Position numbers and translations under genes: made by a program. The notes below the pieces were generated by a model. The model made no database searches. It worked only from the letters and a program-made list of their open reading frames with translations, and was not told the DNA's origin. This document shows, piece after piece, positions 24,337 to 33,052 of a stretch of DNA of 64,000 nt. How positions within the stretch are numbered: the stretch's first letter is position 1; the number at the start of each line of letters is the position of its first letter. The stretch lies in assembly GCF_000143415.4 (NCBI RefSeq), contig NW_003314262.1, positions 2,239,046 to 2,303,045 of the forward strand. Reading direction: 5' to 3'. This DNA comes from Selaginella moellendorffii (lineage: Eukaryota; Plantae; Lycopodiophyta).

Positions 24337-27300
24337 CTACTGAATGTCGTGCCGAACCTCATAAACTTGCGGTCCAACTTGCCGCAACACCTGATACGGT
24401 CCTTTCCACTGCGCAAGGAGCCCCTTAGATAAACCATGTACCGTAAGATGGGGAAAACGGACTAACACCAAATCATCCACTTTGTACTCCGCAGATGAAC
24501 GATGATGGGAGTTGTAGCGCCGTTGTTGTCCCACTTGTACGTGGCCTAAGTGTTCAGCAGACTCTGCTCGGACAAGTGGAAGAATGCTTGTCAAATACTG
24601 ATCCCATGACCTAGCATCAGGAGCTTGTGGCAATCGCGAAGGTAAACCCAGCTCTGTTGGTAATATTGGATCATGACCATATAGAAGTTTATATGGTGAA
24701 GCACCAACAAAACTCTGCACCCCTATGACATAGGCATACCGAAGAGACGGCAAATAACCATCCCAATCCGAATGCTGAAAGTTCACATACTTCGCAATCA
24801 TCCCTTTGAATGTCCGAACAAGCCGTTCCACCAGACTGTCTGATTGTGGATGATAAGCACTCATAAAAGTGTGGCGTATCCCCAACCGAGATGTCAAAAC
24901 ATGAAATACCTCAGCCATAAATGCAGGACCATTATCCGAAAGAATCCGCTCTGGACAAGAATGTTGGAACACCACTCGATTGAGGAGGAAGTATCCAACA
25001 GCAGTTGCAGAGGCGCTAGCAAGAGAACCAACTTCCACCCAACGAGTCAAGTAGTCAGAAGCAATAATAACATACTCATTGCCAGCAGTCGATCGTGGAA
25101 AAGGTCCCATAAGATCAAATGCCACCAACTCAAACGGACGGGAAATTGCAATTGACTCCAACCGTCCTTCCGTAGCACAAGGGGGAGTATTACGAGCTTG
25201 GCACCAAACGCAGCTACGCACATACCGGATAATATCACGTCGCATCTCCGGCCAATAGAAAGACCTACGCAGCTTCTCGGTGATACGACGGTGTCCCATA
25301 TGCCCACCTAGAACAGGAGAATCATGGTAGGCATGGAGAAACCGCGGAATAAACACTGAAGGCACCACCAACCGTAAATGATCATCAAGATCTGTCCCCA
25401 CAAAATAAATAAGGCCATCTTTAAGGCGATATTGAGAATGTAAATGCCGGAAAGGCAAGTCATCAGCAAGTGATGCAGGATTCTCAAACCCATCTTGAAG
25501 CCTTCGAATCCATGGCTCAATCTTTTGAGCTTCGCGAACCTCATCAAGAGAAGGTAGATCTTGCTCTACGCCCTGTGGACACTGAACGTCAAGGACAGCA
25601 ACCGCCGACAGCACAGAATCCTCATCTAGAAAATCCACAAACGCTGGAACAACAGGTTCGTCAGAAACATGAGAAGTGAGTGGAGAAGGAAGAGGAGCTC
25701 GAGAAAGGGCATCAGCATCAGCCATAGAACTCCCTGGGCGATGAACAACATCGAAATTATATATCTGAAGCTTCAAAGCCCATCGAGCCGTACGACCAAC
25801 CAGGTTCTTCCGCTTCAATAATGAAGTAACAGCAGCATGGTCACCTTCAAGTAACGTCCGAGAACCATGTAGATATGCATGAAGTTTCTCGAAACCCCAG
25901 ACTGCTGCTAAACACTCCTTCTCTGTCGTGGAGTAGTTCATCTCCGCTGGTTGTAATGTACGGCTTATGTATGCAATGGGATGGCGCTGACCAGGCACAC
26001 TCAAGCTCTCTTGCATCAACACACCTCCAAGACCAATGTCAGAAGCATCCACGCGCAAAATAAAAGGTCGAGTGTAGTCAGGATATGCCAAAACCGGAGG
26101 AGTCGTCAATAGCTCTTTGAGATCCACGAACGCCCGCTCACAATCCGGAGACCAGATGAAAGATGACGTTGATGACTTCAGCAACGCTCGCAATGGTGTA
26201 GTGCGATCGGAAAGATGATCCACAAAACGACCGAGATACTGCACCTTACCCAAAAAACGCTGCACATCATTCACACATTTCGGAGTAGGGAACTTTAGAA
26301 CAGCCACAAGTTTGTCAGGATCAATTTGCAAACCCTCACGAGAAATACGGTACCCAAGATAAGTTGTGTCCTTGGACCCAAATACGCACTTTGACAGCTT
26401 CAGCTTTAAACCAACATCACGTAGCCAATCCAACACTTTACAAACATCACGAACGTGCTCCTCCCACGTCCCCTCCGAGTGGATCAAGACATCATCAATG
26501 AAGTCAGCAGTCACTTCCGGCATATCGCAAAGAACCTCGTCCATCATCCGCTGGAAAGTTGCGGGAGCATTGTTCAAACCAAACGGCATCACCAAGAACT
26601 CATATAAACCAAATGGTGTACGAAAAGCAGTCTTAGGAATATCTTCTTCGGCCATTGGTACTTGCCAATACCCAGAAGCAAGATCTAGCTTGGTGAACCA
26701 ACGACTTCGCCCCAGACGATCTAAGAGATCAGCAGTGTGAGGAAGAGGATACACATCTGGGATCGTCACTTCGTTTAACGGGCGATAGTCGATGCAGAAA
26801 CGAATACTCCCATCAGGCTTTGTCACAAGATGAGGTTCACATGCCCAAGGACTCCACGACTTCCGAATAACACCCTTCTCCAGCATTTCCTTGACGTTGG
26901 CTCATAAATCTTGATCTCCTTAGGTGACTGACGACGAACAGGAACCTTGATTGGACGAGCATCCCCGGTTGGAATCGGATGACGTGTGGCAATCTTGGCT
27001 CCAGACGATAGGTCAAATTCAAAGAGATCAGAATACTCCTTCATGAGCCGGTCAACTGCTGCAACACAAAGATCGTCGGAGGGATCGGAAAAGGGAAAAG
27101 CAGAACAAGATGGAAACACAGAAGGAAAGAGTGGGGGAACAAAAGTAATGGAAGCAGAGGTAGAAGTAGAGGGATGAAGAGGTATGGAAGTGAGAGGAAT
27201 GGATGAAACATAAGGAAGTATGAGACAAGGGGGAGAAGCCTCAAAGTCACACTTGGCATGATTGCGCTGCAACCAATCCATACCAAGAATGAGGTCAAAA

Positions 27301-27680
27301 GCTTGACTCGGCACCACCCGCAACGACTGCAACTCAAGTTCGAGATCGCCCACATGCACAACTAGGTCCACCTCATCCCGTGCACATGCATGTGTACGGC
27401 CGTTGCCATAAAGAATGAAAACTGGTTCCGCCGCACGACGCAAGTGTAGACGACAACGTGTGGTAACAGGTCGAGCAACAGAAGATAAACTCGAACCTGT
27501 ATCAACCAACACGGAGAGAATAATAGGAGACCTCTTGTTATAAAAACGAGCTTGGAAAGTAAACACGGGATGAACCGGTGCCGAGTGAACCCCTTGATGA
27601 TACTCCCGAAAGAAAGATGGAGGGGTTACTGATTTATTCGCGCAAGGTCCCTCCATTACTCGTGCGACTCCTCGTTTCTC
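24337..27680 (-). pseudogene. Pol of element B (protease-RT-RNaseH-integrase) with a 1-bp frameshift near 26905 and a premature TAG at 24337
   Basis: VLVDTGSS, FIDDVLI, RVDASDIG, HHCC and DDE integrase, WKGPY; no chromodomain. Comparison with element A shows the frameshift and the stop are lesions. Confidence 0.9.
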
Positions 27681-28588
27681 GGATGCATCTCGGTGTCCAG
27701 ACCTTCCACTGCAGCAGCACCCATGGGACGTTGCTGACGCCAAGGTCTCCACCCAGGAAATGGAGGTCGCCAATCCGGAAAACAACGGCAACGCCGATAA
27801 GTATGACTAACTTCATCACACGCCCAGCAGCGAACATCACGGCCACGACTACGTCCTCGTGCTTGTCCTTGGACTCGAGCAGCAGCAGCATCAACCTCCA
27901 TTGGAACAGGACCATCACCCATAGGAAGGGGAGCGGAAGGACGTGCAGCAAGAAGTGGAAGAGGCGACGTCTCATAACGTTGTGCCAAGCGAAGAGCATC
28001 ATCAAGGGTGGCAGGAGCAAGTGCATGCACAAGTCCGACAAGATCTTGACGAAGTGCTAGCCACAACATTCCTAGCTTGATCTGCTCCGACATATTTGGC
28101 TCCGCACGAAGCAAAAGACTTCGGAAACGAACGCTAAATTGCATCACCGACTCAGATGGCCCTTGGCGAAGACGATGCAATTGTTGGAAAGCATCATCAC
28201 AATCATCGGCATGGCCGAAGGCGCGTTTGAAGACGTCCAGGAGAACACTCCAATCCCCACGAGTGGCTGCGCTCAAACCATTGTACCACTGCAACGCCGT
28301 CCCTTGGAGACATGTGGGAAACTCACGCAAACGTCGAGCATCATCCCAAGAATGATATGTGGCAATCACCGTGAAGTGATCGAACCAATGGTACACATCA
28401 TCCCCAGGATTCCCGCGAAAGAACTCCGGCCGAACGCGAGGATTGGCACCAAGAGTAGGAGGAGTTGGACCACATGCCGTGAATGCCGCCATCAATTGAG
28501 TTTGGTTGTTCAATTGCAAGCGCATAGCATCAAGCAATTGGACCAACTGCTGCTCGAGAGTCAAAGGAGGAGAGTACTGATCTGCCAT
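27656..28588 (-). CDS. Gag of element B
   Basis: MADQYSPP..., retrotransposon gag motifs (LRQGPSESVMQF, GPVPMEVD) and a zinc knuckle CWACDEVSHTYRRC. Confidence 0.9.
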   Translation of the reverse strand: MADQYSPPLTLEQQLVQLLDAMRLQLNNQTQLMAAFTACGPTPPTLGANPRVRPEFFRGNPGDDVYHWFDHFTVIATYHSWDDARRLREFPTCLQGTALQWYNGLSAATRGDWSVLLDVFKRAFGHADDCDDAFQQLHRLRQGPSESVMQFSVRFRSLLLRAEPNMSEQIKLGMLWLALRQDLVGLVHALAPATLDDALRLAQRYETSPLPLLAARPSAPLPMGDGPVPMEVDAAAARVQGQARGRSRGRDVRCWACDEVSHTYRRCRCFPDWRPPFPGWRPWRQQRPMGAAAVEGLDTEMHPRNEESHE

Positions 28589-29050
28589 GGAGAATGAAAA
28601 AGAAAGAGCAAAAGAAAATGACAAAAAGCTAGAAGGAAATGGTAGATCTAGACAATGCAAAAAGCTAGATCTAAACCAAAATCCTGAAAAGAAAAAAAAG
28701 AAGGAAATGGAAAAAGCTAGATCTAGACAATGCAAAAGTTAGATCTAAACCAAAATCCCAAATCCAAGCACTCCTCAAGGGCAATCAAACGTGCCCCTCA
28801 CCTCCACCAATGTGAATGCTTGGAATATGGAAAGGGAATACAGAAATGTGCATCCCAATTAGCCCAAAAACCCTAGCTTATATACAGGAGCGAGTGGTCA
28901 GGATTGAAACTAATCCGACGGCTACCAAAATCCACTACGCTAATATTAGTATACAGCATCATAGCCGTACACTTGGCCCTCACAATTGTAATTTATAATA
29001 ATATCCTTAACGATTAAAATTATCTAAATTAGAATTCTTGCCCAAATTGT

Positions 29051-30060
29051 TTACACCTTGGAGGCCAGCACAAGACCAGCAATTCCAAAGGTGAGAGCAA
29101 CGCTTCCTCCATACTTTGTTCCAAACTCAGCAATGTTGGTGAAGGAATCGATGGCAGCATAGCCCTTTGCGTAGATTTCCTTGCCCACGATGTTGTAGAT
29201 GGCGCGAACTGGAGCAAGCACGGCCTGGTATGCGTATGGCAGGTACTCGGTTGCGCCGACAGCATCAAATATGGAGTCCAAGAACCACTCGCTGTGAGTG
29301 GATGCTAGAACATTGTTCACCATGATGCTGCCGGAGAGAGTGAGCGGGTTGTAGAGGCCTACCTTCTCAACCTTTTGTATTTCTGGAAAAGTAGCACAGA
29401 ATCGTTAAATTCGAAACATCCCACCAATATATATGCTTTTTGCTTTCCTTACCAGTGATTTGAGATGATTCCCACAGGGAATCTCCAACCTTGAGGTCCT
29501 CGGCTCTCTTGTACACGAGCTTCCCATTGACAGCAACGGGAACAAAGTGGCCTGCACTGAGTTCCAACATGTTTGAAGCGCTGTGCACTTGGAAAAACTT
29601 GGACATGGCATCAGCATCCTTGTGGCCGAATGCATACACATCTGAATAGATATTCTTCCCCACTGCAACCTGTGGAAAAGTTATACTTGGACAAGATTTA
29701 TGTGAAAGTATTCAACCTTGTCTCCAACATTAAGCTCCCTCACGAACTTAATTTCTCCATTATACATCTGAACAGTTGCATCTCCTATAATAGCTTGAAA
29801 ATTGTATGAAGAAAAAAACGTGAATTCACATGAACCCTACCTGGGAAGCATCCTGGAGTGCCTGGAGGGGGTGGAGGAGTGGCTGGAGGGGGTGGAGGAG
29901 TGGCTGGAGGGGGTGGAGTGGCTGGAGGGGGTGGAGTGCCTGGAGGGGGTCTAGTGGCTGGAGGAGGAGTGGTGGGAGGGGGTGGACTTTGTGCCACTGC
30001 AACGCTTGCAGCGAAGGCAATGAAAAAAGTCAGGAAGATTAGAGCACTGGTATGAGCCAT
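29051..30060 (-). CDS. Secreted Pro/Thr-rich peptide fused to a Hedgehog-type Hint/Hog domain, copy 2 (278 aa)
   Basis: Exons 30060-29841, 29784-29717, 29669-29453 and 29382-29051 (837 nt, open). Same motifs as copy 1 except LELSAGHF. Confidence 0.93.
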
Positions 30061-30380
30061 TAGCTAGCTCGAAACTGCTGGTTGCTAACACTCTAGGAGC
30101 AAGCCATTTTATAGCAGAATGTAAGCATCTAATGTTTGGTTTCGTGCACCAAAAATTCAAACACGAATGGTGGTCCTAATTAAGAACATTGAATCCTTCT
30201 CACTGATTTTGGTGAGAACCTAAATACGAGAAACTATTTTTATTAAAATAAATTAAAAATATTTTAAAGTTGTCGTTTTACATTTATTTCTCACACTACT
30301 AATTTTGGGTTAAAAGCTTGAAAACTTGAAAAGGTTGATTTATTCCTTTAAATACCGTACCAACTAAAAACCCTAATCCA

Positions 30381-31181
30381 ATGTCGAAGGAGAGACTGGA
30401 TCGTGGCCTGGAGAAGGCGGTGAGTTTGTACAAAGAGTGCTCAGGCACAGGGAAGGGCCCTTTTCTAGTGGCAGACAATGTGATCTACTCTAGCTTTGAG
30501 AAATGGAGTTCCAACAATGAAGACTGCTGGAGGCTGGCCTTCCTCAAGGGAGAAGCGGGCTCCGGCGTTGGCAGTGTCTACATATTTGGTGATCCCAGTA
30601 ATGTCCACGACGAGACGAAGCAGTGGTTCTTCCACAAGCTATGCCGGCAAGTGGAGAGGCACTTGACGCTCACGAGCCCCGAGCTGGACATCCGCTCCTT
30701 CGTCCGGGTCCTGGGATCATCAAGGTTTGCGCTTGGTAACGGGAGCAAGGAGCCAGACGCCTCTTTCTCCACAGCCTCGCAGAAGCATCCATTCCCTCGA
30801 GTTGTCCTTGAAGTGGCCTACAAGAACGAGCCTTTTGAGGTACTCGTCAGGGAACTTAACCACTGGGTTCGCTCGGGCTGTAAGCTCGCAATCGGGATAC
30901 AAATCTCGTATGCCACCCTCAGCACTAGCAACAGCAGCCTGCAACTGTTGTGGGTGCAGGAGGAAGCTGGCAAAGGTACACAGATTATAGATTTTAGCCC
31001 TGGCATTTGCACTTTGGACACAAAGGAGGATTTCTTGGTGTGGTTCCCGTTCAGCATGCTTTCCAGCGATGTTCCAGACTGCCATGACATCCCACTCACG
31101 TTTGATCTGTATCAGCTCCAGTCGACGATCAAGGAGCTGGTGCAGGAAGAGCTATATCAGAAAGAGCTATATCACGTTTGA
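30381..31181 (+). CDS. Intronless PD-(D/E)XK (Uma2/Crinkler-REase-like) nuclease, copy 3; motifs intact
   Basis: 266-aa ORF with PSNVHDE...KEPDASF...PRVVLEVAYKNE...LAIGIQI, matching the H..E / PD / EVA pattern of Uma2-like restriction-endonuclease-fold proteins. Confidence 0.78.
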   Translation: MSKERLDRGLEKAVSLYKECSGTGKGPFLVADNVIYSSFEKWSSNNEDCWRLAFLKGEAGSGVGSVYIFGDPSNVHDETKQWFFHKLCRQVERHLTLTSPELDIRSFVRVLGSSRFALGNGSKEPDASFSTASQKHPFPRVVLEVAYKNEPFEVLVRELNHWVRSGCKLAIGIQISYATLSTSNSSLQLLWVQEEAGKGTQIIDFSPGICTLDTKEDFLVWFPFSMLSSDVPDCHDIPLTFDLYQLQSTIKELVQEELYQKELYHV

Positions 31182-31376
31182 TCTGTATCAGCTACAGGAG
31201 AGCAACCTTGTGAAGAATATGTCCCGCTCCTTAAATGAGGAACATCATCAGTGGTTCTTGCTCCCAACTTAATCTTCAAGATGATTGACGATTAGAATTA
31301 GTAAAATCTTTAGAAGCTTAGATCATTAAAAATATTGATTTAAATTTTATTAAGAATTCAACGAAGATAACGCTGC

Positions 31377-32027
31377 TCACATTGAAACGATAAAGAGCAG
31401 GATCGAAATTCCTGCTATTGCTGCTGCTGCCGTGAGTGTTTCCAAATCTTTTCTCGAGATGCTACTGCCGGCGGTGCTGCTGGAGCTGGAGCTGGAGCTG
31501 CTGGAGCTTGACGATGGTGGAGTGGCGGCGCTGCCTGTGAGCGATGCGTTTTGGACATCGATGGACAGCTTCTGGCCCCCTTGGCAGTGATTTGGAAAGC
31601 CGCAGAGGAAGTACCATGACCCGGGCCTGGTCATTGCGATCGAAGTGTCACCGTTGTTGAAAGACTGGATCGGCGAGGCGCTGGAGCATCGGTCGTAGTC
31701 ATCCTCGGACACTTCCAGAACGTCGTGCCGTTGGCTGTTGTACTTGAAACCTTGCATGCATAGAAGATGCTCTCGTTAGAAAACAAAGAGGATGAAAGCA
31801 CAAGAAAAGAAAACAAACTTACGGAGAGTGTCATTGACACGAACGTTTTGCTGCTTGGACCAATTCTCGTAAACGTCATCGTCGCCGTTGGGGGGCATTA
31901 TCCATTGAGTCGCGCCCCCGACTACAAACTCGGTTGCTTGAACAGCTCCCAGTGTCGCGAGCAAGAGAGCTACCAGAAACGAGAATCCCACCATCAATTC
32001 ACCACCACTCTGCTCTTGCTTCTTCAT
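31377..32027 (-). CDS. Phytocyanin (stellacyanin-type blue copper protein), secreted, probably GPI-anchored; 192 aa
   Basis: Exons 32027-31823 and 31750-31377. FVVGG..W, ligands H(DVLEV), C(GFPN)H(CQGG)Q, a disulfide Cys pair, a Ser-rich linker and a hydrophobic tail. Confidence 0.92.
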
Positions 32028-32319
32028 ACTCGTTTGGATGATGATCTTCCTTTCACTGCTTCTCTTTTTCTCGTGCCATATAAGTTCTAAAGCTCCAACC
32101 AAATTGATGGCTCACCTGGCCCCAAAAAAAGCTGAGAAAGCTCTTTCCTACAGGTGGAGGCCATAAACTATTCCTGGAAACAAAGACATAGTTTTGCATT
32201 GGACTTGAAAATCCTAGCCAAGAATTTAATAGTAAAAGCATAAAGCGAACATACATACCCAAGCAGTGTTGCTTTTTTTAATCCAGTTACTCGGTAACTC
32301 ACATCATAAGAAGTATACT

Positions 32320-32902
32320 TTAGAAGGTGGAACCATTCCATCCGAAAAAGCTTCTCTGAGAAGGATATGACCAAAGTGAAATAGAGAAGAACAAGAGCTT
32401 GCCAAAAAGTACCTGGACGTCGTAGAACTTAATGTAGAATCGAGATGGCGGAACCGATAACTTGGACTCCAAAATCTCGGACAAAGCTTCGCTCAGTTCT
32501 TTGTTGACGCTCGGCCCCAGCCCTCCAATTGAGATCACTTCTCCATACGCGGCGGGCTCCTCGGTGCCACCGAATGACATTGGAACACTATCTTTGAGCA
32601 CGATCATCACATACTGCGAAACCAGCAAATTGGAAATGAAAATCCAGTCCAATCGATCCGGCCGAGCGCTCTAGGAATCATCGCGCAATGAAATCTAGAT
32701 CTCGAGTGATAATCTAGACGAGAGAGCTGCAATGCCTGGAGATTTCTTGGCTATCGAATGCGCTACAACCTATCAATCGAGACGACGTTACCTGTTCGGG
32801 CTTTCCAATGATCCGAGAGACCGCCTTGCTCGCATCCTTGAGAATGTCGGAGCTCACGATCGAATCGGCGGGGACGTTCGTGGAGAGATTGAGCGTCGGC
32901 AT
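32320..32902 (-). CDS. MIF/D-dopachrome tautomerase-like protein (MDL family), 3 exons
   Basis: MPTLNLSTNV (catalytic Pro2), IIGKPEQYVM, MSFGGTEEPAAYGEVISIGG and FFGWNGSTF. Confidence 0.95.
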
Positions 32903-33052
32903 TCCTTCTAGCGCTAAAATCCCTAGTGCTTCCCTTCTAAAACCCGGAGTTTGTTCTTGTCGGATGGATAGATCTATGATCCAACGGCTGACATCGCTAC
33001 ACATGGCGGCATTCAAGGCGTGGGATTTTTTTCAAGGGCTTAGGGTTTGGGA

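Larger units (their letters stand above)
23987..28984 (-). mobile_element. Ty3/gypsy LTR retrotransposon, element B (younger, near-intact, same family as A)
   Basis: 174-bp LTRs at 23987-24160 and 28811-28984 (about 6 differences by eye), TSD ATTG, PBS TGGTGGAGG next to the 5' LTR and PPT next to the 3' LTR. Confidence 0.97.

Noticed and set aside
26823-26910. Possible second programmed frameshift between protease and RT in element B
   Set aside because: The de-inverted sequence of element A is in frame here, so B has a 1-bp deletion.
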